A stretch of DNA of 64,000 bases from assembly GCA_051546255.1 (NCBI GenBank), contig CP128815.1, positions 1,736,001-1,800,000 of the forward strand. Direction: 5' to 3'. Source of the stretch: Meyerozyma guilliermondii. Its lineage: Eukaryota. Both the position numbers and the translations under genes were made by a program. Under the pieces are notes generated by a model, which ran no database searches, was not told the origin of the DNA, and saw only the letters and a program-made list of their open reading frames with translations. Within the stretch, counting starts at the first letter, position 1. Each line of letters opens with the position of its first letter. This document shows positions 11,179 through 20,281 of the stretch, piece after piece.

Positions 11179-12387
11179 ATGAGACTATCGCTATTGTTGC
11201 TTCTAACCGTTGCCAGTGCTTTAGTAGTTGATCCCAGTGCAAAGTACATCTGTTCAGAGGAGGACTCCACAGATTGCTATCCTCAAATATTTGTTCCTAC
11301 AGAAGAGTGGAAAACCATCAAACCAGGCCAAGAAATTCCACCCGGTTTACACGTTCGTATGAATATGGATTCGCTTCAAAAAGAGGCCAAGCTTATGAGT
11401 GAGGATGAGAGGGAGAGTGAAGAAACACCAAAAGAAATTGGTTTTAATGGAGGAGAAAGTGAGCACTTTGAAGGGCATAAGGTTGAGAATCAGGTACCGG
11501 CTGTTTATGAAACGTCTGATGTATCGACGTTTAATGGCGCTGTGAACGCTGTTTTGAGGTTTGGAGACAGAATTACCTCCAGTTCTTCTGGAAAATTGAA
11601 TGAGAAGGATATCAATGATGCTGCTGAGACACTCGTAGATTTGAGTCATGATCTCGAACACGGTGTTCGGCTCACACAGGACCCAAAAATCTTTATCAGT
11701 ATCCTTGACATTGCTGATAGTGTTGGTTTGGATCTCAAGGAGAAACTTTTGCGGATCATGGGGTCGTCGTTGCGCAACAATCCAGAGGCCATTGGTAATG
11801 TGCTCAAGTTGCAAAACCCTCAATTTATCAATCGACTCTTTGACTATCTTGAAGACAACACTGCCGAGGAAGTGGTGAAGAAGCGGGTTATTGGAATAAT
11901 TCATGCCTTATCGTTGAACAACAGCTTTAAGCTTGAATACTTGTCACTCCAAAGAGGCCGAGGTATTGATAGATTGGTTTCTGTGTTTCCTGAACTCGAG
12001 CATTCATCCCAAGTGAGGGTGATGAACATCTTGGAGGACCTGGGACTCGTGGCAGATTTGGAAAAAAGACAAGAAGAATCACCACAGCTGGAATTTTCCA
12101 ATTTTCTTCAATCGTCCCTTCACGAGCGAAAAGTGGTGGCAGAACCCCAGTTTCAACTCTACTTCAACAAGTTGACCCAGCTCCACAAACAGAACAAGGA
12201 CCTCAAACCAACGCCTGAGTTTCTCCAGTGGCTAGCACAAGAGGCCAATGTCCGCGTAGAGGGCCATAAAGACACTCGGGATATCAGTCCTGAAAACCAG
12301 AACTTTGACAGACAAATGCTCCAGGCAAGACACGAGGTGTTTGGTAACCCCAATGCTATGCGTAAAGCGTATTTAGACGAATTATAA
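11179..12387 (+). CDS. SIL1: ER nucleotide exchange factor for Kar2/BiP
   Basis: Signal peptide MRLSLLLLLTVASA from ATG 11179, CYPQIFVPTEEW..I.PGQ.IPPGLHVRMN, and C-terminal FGNP.A.RK...LDEL retention signal. Confidence 0.92.
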   Translation: MRLSLLLLLTVASALVVDPSAKYICSEEDSTDCYPQIFVPTEEWKTIKPGQEIPPGLHVRMNMDSLQKEAKLMSEDERESEETPKEIGFNGGESEHFEGHKVENQVPAVYETSDVSTFNGAVNAVLRFGDRITSSSSGKLNEKDINDAAETLVDLSHDLEHGVRLTQDPKIFISILDIADSVGLDLKEKLLRIMGSSLRNNPEAIGNVLKLQNPQFINRLFDYLEDNTAEEVVKKRVIGIIHALSLNNSFKLEYLSLQRGRGIDRLVSVFPELEHSSQVRVMNILEDLGLVADLEKRQEESPQLEFSNFLQSSLHERKVVAEPQFQLYFNKLTQLHKQNKDLKPTPEFLQWLAQEANVRVEGHKDTRDISPENQNFDRQMLQARHEVFGNPNAMRKAYLDEL

Positions 12388-12436
12388 CCAAAATCTACGA
12401 ATCATAAATTATCACAGTCTCCATTATACTTTACAT

Positions 12437-12873
12437 CTAGTCGAACAATCCGAAACCCATGTCGTCGTCAGACTCCTCAGCGGCCTCCTCAGCGGCCTCT
12501 TCGGCAGCAGGAGCATCGGCAGCGGCAGCAGATCCAGAGGAAGCAGCAGCTGGTCCACCAGTTGGAACAGAAGACAATTTTTCGTTACCTTCAGCGATCA
12601 ATTCTTCAGCATTCTTTCCCTCAACTTCGCTCAACAACTTGGAAACCTTCTCGTCGTCAACTTCTATGGAAACCGACTCCAAGACAGCCTTGATGTCAGC
12701 AGCAGATGGGGAGGTGTTACCGGCGTTCACCAACAATAAGTATGCAGCCAAATATTTCACTGAGTTAGTATGGCAAGGGGACGTAAAAACCACACGAAAA
12801 GAACCACGGACGGCGGTTTATCTATATAATGTGTTTTAGTGGTTTCAAATGGAACATTAGCGTGTTACTTACT
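12437..12873 (-). CDS. RPP2A: 60S acidic ribosomal protein P2 (spliced; intron 12760-12872)
   Basis: Spliced product reads [10 protein letters not shown]...[13 protein letters not shown] (107 aa). Intron GTAAGT...TACTAAC.TCAG splits the start codon as A|TG. A versus B paralogue is uncertain. Confidence 0.9.
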
Positions 12874-12963
12874 GATTTGCAGTAGTCTAAGTCGCTTGAC
12901 GTTGGTGGTGAGATGGGTGAAAATTGAAAAGTGACACAAAGCTAAATGTTCACAGTCACGTCG

Positions 12964-12970
12964 CACGTGA
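12964..12970. promoter_or_regulatory. Cbf1 site in RPP2/GSH2 divergent promoter
   Basis: CACGTGA. Cbf1 acts at ribosomal-protein and sulfur-metabolism promoters in CTG-clade yeasts. Confidence 0.55.
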
Positions 12971-13060
12971 GCTAATATGTAGGAGGTAGATATGTGTTTT
13001 CCTGTATATTGCGCGTGATTTGTCGTTATCAACATCGCAGTGCTTACCAATTGTGGCTCT

Positions 13061-14503
13061 ATGGTGAAGGAAGTTCCACTATTGCTGCCTTCACAGCAAA
13101 ATGAGCTCAAACAGGCACTCACACAATGGGCATTGACCAACGGGCTTACTATGTTTCCTCCTAACTTTGACGAGAATGTCACGGCAGCTGCACCAGTTAC
13201 GTTTTATCCCACTCCGTTTCCCCACACTGCATTTAAAACGGCCATTGACGTCCAGAAAGTGTTCAATGAGCTTTATATCGGGGTGGTCTCGCGCCACAAG
13301 ACTTGGTTGTTGGAAATCCTCGAGACTTTGGCCCAGTTTGATCAGGATTTTACCGGTAAACTTTTTGAAATTTACTTGAAATCACTTGTGGATGACAAAA
13401 GTGTCCAGCCGGTGTCTTTAGGACTATTTCGGTCGGACTATATGGTGAATCAAGACGATGAGGTGAAACAGGTCGAGTTCAACACTGTTAGCGTGAGTTT
13501 CGGTGGACTTTCAACCAAAGTTGGACAAGTGCATCGATACTTGAATCAAGGTGGATTCTACGATAATAAGTATTCGTCCACGTATTATGACGATGACGAA
13601 CTACCAGTCTCAAACTCAGCTTCGGAACTTGCTCGTGGTCTTGCTCAGGGCGTAAAGCATTATTCTCTGGGTAACACTGTGGTGTTGGTAATTGTTCAAC
13701 CTGGCGAGCGCAATGTCTTTGATCAAAAACACATTGAATTCAATCTTTTGGCAGAGTATGGGATCCGGTCTGTTCGTATGACTTTGGAAGAAGTTCAAAC
13801 CAAAACAACTATTAACCAACACAAGTTGTACATCAAACTGACCATGGATGAAGTATCGGTGGTATATTATAGATCCGGCTACGCACCCAGTGATTATTAC
13901 AATGATCAGATTTGGGACGCTCGTCTTTACTTGGAGAAAAATATGGCTATAAAGTGTCCTTCTGTGCTAACTCAGCTTTCAGGTGCCAAGAAAGTACAGC
14001 AACTTCTTACTCAACCAGAAATTATAAAGAGCGTGCTTCCAGACTTGGTTGATGCGGACCTTGAAAAATTGGTGTCCACTTTTGTCAAAATATATCCACT
14101 TGACGAGTCAGAAGAAGGTACTTATGCAAAGAAAGAGGCATTGGAATCTCCTGGCAAATACGTTTTGAAGCCTCAGAGAGAGGGAGGTGGTAATAATATC
14201 TACAAGGAAGATATACCCGATTTTTTGTCAAAATTGAATGAAAGCGAATGGGGTGCCTATATATTGATGGAGCTCATTAAACCTGCCAACCATGAGAATG
14301 TGATCTTGAGACAAGGTGAAATCATTAGTGACAATATAATATCAGAATTGGGCACCTTTGGCACGGCGTTGTTCAACGAAGATAGCGGAGAGATTTATGA
14401 GAATGAATATGCCGGTTGGTTACTCCGGTCCAAGGTGAGTTCCAGTGATGAGGGAGGTGTGGCTGCCGGTTTTGGATGTGTAGACAGTGTCTACTTGTTC
14501 TGA
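13061..14503 (+). CDS. GSH2: Glutathione synthetase
   Basis: ATG at 13061. LFRSDYM, KQVEFNTVSVSFGG, ERNVFDQ, VLKPQREGGGNN, EGGVAAGFG. Confidence 0.97.
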   Translation: MVKEVPLLLPSQQNELKQALTQWALTNGLTMFPPNFDENVTAAAPVTFYPTPFPHTAFKTAIDVQKVFNELYIGVVSRHKTWLLEILETLAQFDQDFTGKLFEIYLKSLVDDKSVQPVSLGLFRSDYMVNQDDEVKQVEFNTVSVSFGGLSTKVGQVHRYLNQGGFYDNKYSSTYYDDDELPVSNSASELARGLAQGVKHYSLGNTVVLVIVQPGERNVFDQKHIEFNLLAEYGIRSVRMTLEEVQTKTTINQHKLYIKLTMDEVSVVYYRSGYAPSDYYNDQIWDARLYLEKNMAIKCPSVLTQLSGAKKVQQLLTQPEIIKSVLPDLVDADLEKLVSTFVKIYPLDESEEGTYAKKEALESPGKYVLKPQREGGGNNIYKEDIPDFLSKLNESEWGAYILMELIKPANHENVILRQGEIISDNIISELGTFGTALFNEDSGEIYENEYAGWLLRSKVSSSDEGGVAAGFGCVDSVYLF

Positions 14504-15352
14504 ATCTTCACTTCTTTTTCAATATCGATGGCCCATATTGCTGCACCAATGTTGTTTGTGAACATGAAAAATACACTGAAAATGGGAATGGACTCTAGAA
14601 AGTTGGCGGCAATACCAAATCCCATATAATGGCCTCTTTTGGAATTATAAATCGACCGAATTTGTCGCTTATCGTATCCCTTCAAAGCAAAGTATCTCAG
14701 GTGACACCGCAATCCCTTGGAAGGAGCTTGGAGAATAATCACCAAAAACGCCCCAATGACAGGAATGGATCCAATCAGAAGCATAACAAACGTTTTGAAG
14801 AGTATAAATGGAACAATGAGAATTCGGGGTAATTCAAGAATCTTTTGACCAAATTTCACTAAAAATGGTACACTTTGCAACCGCCGTAATTTTCCAAGTA
14901 ACACAACATCGTCGGTATATTCACGAGAAAGAGTTGCATCAAAGGCCACTTTTTGAATTTCAGGCATCAACACCACAACCACTATAAACCCAGCAACCAT
15001 TCCACTTTGTTGTAATACCGAAAACCACGCAGTTACAAATCCACTAGGACCATAGAGAAAAGATGACAAAACGGCTTGAACAGGATAGAACATGATATAC
15101 ATCATCATATAGATCACAAGGGTAATTGCTAGTTGTGGTGCCAAGATGCTAAGGTAAAATGGCCAAATATCGGGGTGAATTGCAAAATAGTATATTCCCT
15201 TGGTTAGTTTTAGAAAAGCCGTTAAATGCGGTTTTACATACATAAAACGGATACAAGTAAGTCTTTGACGAGATCACTTGTCCGGGAATTGTTAGAGGTC
15301 TCAAGATGAAAAGAATAACCTTTCTTGCCAAGTTTTTAAAAATAGGTCTCAT
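14491..15352 (-). CDS. RRT8: Rrt8/Lds (EI24-like) membrane protein; two exons 15352-15242 and 15198-14491
   Basis: Splicing a 43-nt intron (GTATGT...AACTAAC.CAAG) joins YLYPFY to GIYYF in frame. Several TM segments, FLESIP motif. Convergent with GSH2, as RRT8 is in S. cerevisiae. Confidence 0.78.
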
Positions 15353-15400
15353 GGTGATAGTTGAAAACACAAATGGGTGCAAAAAAATTTGGTTGATCAA

Positions 15401-15473
15401 TGGACGAGTCCGGAGTCGAACCGGAGACCTTTCGCATGCTAAGCGAACGCGCTACCAACTACGCCACACGCCC
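15401..15473 (-). tRNA. tRNA-Ala(AGC)
   Basis: GGGCGTGTGGCGTAGTTGGTAGCGCGTTCGCTTAGCATGCGAAAGGTCTCCGGTTCGACTCCGGACTCGTCCA; G3:U70 pair, anticodon AGC. Confidence 0.96.
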
Positions 15474-15823
15474 TGTAGATGGAGGAAAAGGCACTCTGCA
15501 GGCATACGAGCGCGAATCAATGCGAAAAGGATTGAAATAGATTTAATAAATCAACAGAAATAATTCAACGATAGTTCTAGAACTGCGTGAATTTCTGTGT
15601 GGGATATGTTCTATGACACTCAAAGAAGCCAATGAGGAAAAAAATTGAAGTCGACGCGTTTTACAAAATTGCATATTTTTGAGTATTCACTCAATTTCAC
15701 CAATTTTCAAATATTCTTCGAAGTTAATTTCTTCGATGTGGATAAAAGGGCATGAATAGCGTCGTATGCTCCTGAATCTACTGCACATTCAATAAAAAAA
15801 GTTAACTTTTTTGTGGCAAAAAA

Positions 15824-15897
15824 TGGTCCCTGGCGGGATCGAACCGCCGATCTTGGCGTTATTAGCACCACGCCTTAACCAACTGGGCCAAGGGACC
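15824..15897 (-). tRNA. tRNA-Ile(AAT)
   Basis: GGTCCCTTGGCCCAGTTGGTTAAGGCGTGGTGCTAATAACGCCAAGATCGGCGGTTCGATCCCGCCAGGGACCA followed by a T-run Pol III terminator. Confidence 0.96.
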
Positions 15898-16038
15898 TCT
15901 GGTGTGGCAAGAATTGCGGCTCACTGCCGTTCATGGCACTTTTGAGTTATCCGGAGCCGCATACCTGGGTGGTTCGATAAGCCTCACAATAAAAAGACAC
16001 CAGTGTGGCACTTTATCAGTATTTCAGTTTCCCAAACT

Positions 16039-17403
16039 ATGTCATTGTCTCCTTCTACATTAGCTAAATGGTCATCTTCGTTGGACAACGACCTTAACAT
16101 TCAATTGGCCGCCTCGGTGCTCAGAACTTTCAATGCCGAAGAAGCGCTCATCAATCGAGACTCAGTAGTCAAGAATACCACCAAGGCTTTTAATACCAAA
16201 ATTGAAGCCGAAGTTGGTCCAGTCACCAATCAAAAGTCAAGTGGACGTTGCTGGTTGTTTGCTGCTACCAACACATTGAGGGTGAAAGTTGCAGCCAAAT
16301 ACAAGTTGAAGGAATTCCAATTGTCTCAAGCGTATCTTTTCTTTTACGACAAGTTGGAAAAGTCCAACTTTTTCTTGGACCAGATTATCCAGCTGTACGA
16401 AGCAGACATTGACTCGAGATTGGTCCAGCATCTCTTGTCGGATCCTATTAACGATGGAGGTCAATTCGATATGTTTGTGAATGTGGTGGAGAAGTATGGT
16501 CTTGTTCCCCACGAATTGTACCCTGATGCCTATTCTGCAACGTCTTCAAGAACCTTGAACTTTTTGGTGTTGACCAAGCTTCGTGAGTTTGCCGAAGTGT
16601 TGAGGGAAAACCTCAAGGTTGGTAAAGATGTTGCAGAACTCAAGGAGTCGATGCAAAAGGAAGTGTACAGATTACTTGTGGTGTTTTTGGGCAAACCTCC
16701 TGCGATTGATGCCGAATTCGTTTGGGAGTATACTGACAAAGACGACAAGTTTAAGAGTTTAAAGGCCACCCCACGTTCTTTCTACAAAGATGTTGTCGGT
16801 GTTGACACCACCGGGTTAGTCTCACTCTTGAATGATCCCAGAAACAAATACGATACCAATATTACCATTGAAAAATTGGGTAACGTTGTTGGTGGAAAGA
16901 CTGTATCCTACTTGAACATGAATATTGATAGTCTCTCCGATTATGCCGTGAAGCGGATCCAGTCGAACCAACCGGTATTCTTTGGAACCCATACTCCAAT
17001 CTACATGGATAAGAAACGGGGAATTATGGATGAGAGTCTTTTCAACTACAAATTGATTGATTTTGATGCCACTCAAACCAAGGCCAGTCGTATCCGGTAC
17101 AAGCAATCGCTTATGACTCATGCTATGACACTTACGGCGGTGCATTTGGATGCCAAAGGTAAACCCGTAAGATGGAGAGTGGAAAATTCGTGGGGTAAAG
17201 AATCGGGTCAAGAAGGATACTACGTGATGGACCATGAATACTTCAAGCAGTACGTTTACCAGGTTGTGGTTGAAAGACTGCTGTTGTCCAAGGACCATCA
17301 AAAGGTGTTGAAGGACACAAAAAACACCGTTTTGCTTCCTCCATGGGACCCTATGGGTGCATTGGCGGTGTTTAAACACACTCATTACCCGGCGATGATG
17401 TAA
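16039..17403 (+). CDS. LAP3: Bleomycin hydrolase / cysteine aminopeptidase (C1B)
   Basis: ATG at 16039. NQKSSGRCWLFA (catalytic Cys), SLMTHAM (His), WRVENSWG (Asn), WDPMGALA. Confidence 0.96.
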   Translation: MSLSPSTLAKWSSSLDNDLNIQLAASVLRTFNAEEALINRDSVVKNTTKAFNTKIEAEVGPVTNQKSSGRCWLFAATNTLRVKVAAKYKLKEFQLSQAYLFFYDKLEKSNFFLDQIIQLYEADIDSRLVQHLLSDPINDGGQFDMFVNVVEKYGLVPHELYPDAYSATSSRTLNFLVLTKLREFAEVLRENLKVGKDVAELKESMQKEVYRLLVVFLGKPPAIDAEFVWEYTDKDDKFKSLKATPRSFYKDVVGVDTTGLVSLLNDPRNKYDTNITIEKLGNVVGGKTVSYLNMNIDSLSDYAVKRIQSNQPVFFGTHTPIYMDKKRGIMDESLFNYKLIDFDATQTKASRIRYKQSLMTHAMTLTAVHLDAKGKPVRWRVENSWGKESGQEGYYVMDHEYFKQYVYQVVVERLLLSKDHQKVLKDTKNTVLLPPWDPMGALAVFKHTHYPAMM

Positions 17404-17450
17404 AGTGAAAAGTCGGTGCGAAATGTTTTTTAGATACTTTGAATGTAAGT

Positions 17451-17521
17451 AAAATGATGAAAAACCTTCACAGACCTGTACTGATCACTGACGTGCAGAA
17501 AACCAATTGCCTATTCTGAGT
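17451..17521 (+). ncRNA. SNR56: Box C/D snoRNA snR56 orthologue (guides 18S Gm1428), intron-encoded
   Basis: Box C ATGATGA 17454-60; guide TCACAGACCTGT complementary to 18S ACAGGUCUGUGA; D' CTGA 17481-84; D CTGA 17516-19. Lies next to RPS8/KTI11, as snR56 does in S. cerevisiae. Confidence 0.9.
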
Positions 17522-17883
17522 TACTAACAAAAGAAGTGAATACCCAAGAATTGAAAAAAGTTGAGAAAGTTTTCAATGCTAAAGTCTCGATGACTTGGTT
17601 GACGATGACTTGATCCGACGATCAAAACCAAAAAAACGTCGTTTATGTAATTGTAGGCCTGGTAAACACAGTAAGAGCAAGTGAGCTTTGGAATATTGCC
17701 ACTATTATTTAGGTTTGCAAATTTTCACTCATCGCAAACTAAGAGCCAATGGGAGTAAATTAGTAGAGAAGATGAAAAACGAAGATTTTCAGTCTGGAGC
17801 CTCATGCTCGAATTGTGAACGTCTTGTAATTTACTTTGCTTTACTTTCTACGTCATTGTTTATGCCTTTCTTTATTACAGCGC

Positions 17884-18492
17884 TTATTTCTTAGCAGTCA
17901 ATCTTCTCAAGTAGAAGGCCAACTCTTCACCTTCCAAAATGTAACCATCACATCTACCGGATTGTCCTGGTCTGGAGGAGATGGCAGCGTACAATCTACC
18001 AGCAGTAAATTGGGATTCGACAGCTGGTTCAATGGCAGCAGCACCAGATCTGGAAGCCAATTTTCTCTCAACCTTTCTGGACTTCTTGACCTCCTCCTCA
18101 GCAGCAGCTTGTTGGTTCTTCTTCTTACCCAAAGTTTGACCGTAGTGGGTCTCGAACCATTGCTTGAATGGAGTAGCATCGATTTGAACAATGGCAGCCT
18201 TAGTCAAGGTGTTGGTTCTAACCAATTCGTTGTTGGAAGGATGGTACACCACACCAGCAATTCTGGTCTTTCTGGAAACACCTTCGGAACCCCATGAAAA
18301 GTTACCGGTATCGAGTCTCAAAGCTCTGAATTTTTGGTTACCACCTCTGGTTCTAACAGAGTGGATTCTCTTAGCACCGATCTTGGTATTAGCAGGTTGT
18401 CTTCCCAACTCGAACTTTCTCTTCTTTCTGAACTGGGCTCTCTTGGCACCAGTGGCCGAACGTTTGTGACGAGAGTCTCTGGAAATACCCAT
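17884..18492 (-). CDS. RPS8: 40S ribosomal protein eS8
   Basis: [18 protein letters not shown]...[16 protein letters not shown]. Confidence 0.99.
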   Translation of the reverse strand: MGISRDSRHKRSATGAKRAQFRKKRKFELGRQPANTKIGAKRIHSVRTRGGNQKFRALRLDTGNFSWGSEGVSRKTRIAGVVYHPSNNELVRTNTLTKAAIVQIDATPFKQWFETHYGQTLGKKKNQQAAAEEEVKKSRKVERKLASRSGAAAIEPAVESQFTAGRLYAAISSRPGQSGRCDGYILEGEELAFYLRRLTAKK

Positions 18493-18563
18493 GATGAATT
18501 AGTTGAATTCAGGTAGATTGAAAAAGTTATGCGAACGAAATTTTTTTCGAGGACGAGCCGGTG

Positions 18564-18583
18564 CACGTGCGAGGGCTGAGCCC
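18564..18583. promoter_or_regulatory. Cbf1 site plus Tbf1-like palindrome in RPS8/KTI11 promoter
   Basis: CACGTG (18564-69) next to AGGGCTGAGCCC (18572-83), resembling the AGGGCT..AGCCCT motif of Candida ribosomal-protein promoters. Confidence 0.5.
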
Positions 18584-18690
18584 GCAACAAAGTGGTGTGC
18601 GGGTGCAAAGCATCACACAACACCCGTGACCATGGTGCACCGCGGTCACGCATCTATTCCATCTTATCGCGATGACTATTCCAAATTTTC

Positions 18691-18915
18691 ATGCTGGAAA
18701 CGGTCACTATCTATGATGAAATCGAAATTGATGATTTCACTTATGATTCAACCACCCAACTTCTCCAGTATCCATGTCCATGTGGGGACCGATTTGCCAT
18801 TGCACTAGATGATCTTTTAGATGGAGAAGACATCGCGGTTTGTCCTTCCTGTTCCTTGATGGTTCGGGTGATTTTTGACGAAGACGATTTAAAGCAATTC
18901 GTGCAGGACCCTTGA
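18691..18915 (+). CDS. KTI11: Diphthamide/tRNA-modification CSL zinc ribbon protein Dph3
   Basis: IYDEIEIDDF, YPCPCGDRF, AVCPSCSL. Confidence 0.96.
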   Translation: MLETVTIYDEIEIDDFTYDSTTQLLQYPCPCGDRFAIALDDLLDGEDIAVCPSCSLMVRVIFDEDDLKQFVQDP

Positions 18916-19023
18916 TAATTGCGCTTGGCGGGTAGGGTGCGATGACATAATCGTAACCAATGACTCGGCAAAGGCCGCCGGCTAAAGTTACCGACAGCCA
19001 CCGCAGTGGGTGGCCGTTTGGTT

Positions 19024-19033
19024 CCTAATTAGG
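19024..19033. promoter_or_regulatory. Mcm1/MADS-box site in the long upstream region of the Myb gene
   Basis: Palindrome CCTAATTAGG matching CC(A/T)6GG. Confidence 0.4.
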
Positions 19034-20281
19034 CGAAGTTTCCGCAATCGGTAAAAAACCACAGGACCCCAAAGCAAAGAAGCAAAAAGTAAACTGCACA
19101 AGGTGAAACGCTTCGGTCAACGGTAATTTATCGGCTCAACTTGCCGATCCAACTGATATGGATGTACAGTTCGGAGAAATCCGTGAATATTGCAGTTGAA
19201 ATTCTTAACAAAGCATGTCATGCATAACGTTGAATGAACCAACCGTTTCCCAAATAAGTACAACTACCGATTGAATTTGATGGGTTAAGGGAAAAAACGG
19301 ATTTAATTATAGTATTTTTATGCACGGCCACTTAAGAACCGAACCGGTTCTGGCCTACAATCTGCATATTTGTGCATGACGGCGCCAATCGAAATCTGTG
19401 CGGAAAAAAAAAATCTACTGACATGGAACAATCAGATCGGGTAAATCGGAATAGCAATAGCCTTTGTAAACCCATGGAGTAATACGGTGGATTGTATTAA
19501 GTCCGGTTAGAGTGTATAATGTTTGTAAAATGATACATGATGAAATTTATTATTAAACGTGGTCGCGGAGTTACCCACCGCATACCGTTAACAATAGCAA
19601 CAATAAGCGAAGATTAGAAGATCTCATGCAGGCGCGGTGGGATATGTGTAATTGTTCTGGTGCGACCGACAGTTTATTATGCTGTCAGTGAAGTGCGCGA
19701 TGTAAACCTGCAGTCTTGGTACGACCATTTGGTTGCCGTGCATTTTTTTCCAATGTGGAACTGCGCGGCGACGTTTGCTGCGCAGCGCTTTCGGTCGGAG
19801 GCGATCATCGGCGTCCTCCGATGGTAGTTAGAGTCTCGTATATGGCTCCAGTAAAAGTTTATAGACGATAAAATGTTATTAACGGATTAACTACTAAACC
19901 AAGCAATACCTAATGCATGCTTAACGCCGCAGTTCCATGGTGAATGGTTGTGGCCGATGGCATTCAGGTAAACTGCCGGTGAGTCCGTGATAGTGGAATT
20001 TTTTTTTCTGGGAGCAACGGCGTGCAGCGGCTTGCAGCAGATAAATCGAACCTGGCACGTCGACGCAGTCGAATGATATTTAATTGCATAAACGGCTTGA
20101 ATTAACCAAATCTCTCGTCGTCACCCCGTTATTTTATATTCTAATCTGGAAATCAGGTGAATTTATCTGGTGTTGTATCATATCTTTTATTTAACCCCAG
20201 AGCTTTTTAACATTCGGGTCTCCAAAGCAGCAGGCTGCAATCGGGTCCCAACGTTTATAAGTTGTTGGTTCAGTGGCAATA

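Noticed and set aside
15474..15823. LTR remnant between the two tRNAs (also 52900-53460 beside tRNA-Pro)
   Set aside because: No TG...CA-bounded element with a target-site duplication, and no second copy in the window.
17588..17625. CGATGACTTG repeat as a second C/D snoRNA
   Set aside because: No proper RTGATGA/CTGA pair or recognisable guide; it looks like a small duplication.
17895..18653. Long antisense and alternate-frame ORFs over RPS8 (likewise over CYS3, RPP2, NFU1, FUN30 and the Myb gene)
   Set aside because: Expected shadows of codon bias and low-complexity sequence; no recognisable motifs.
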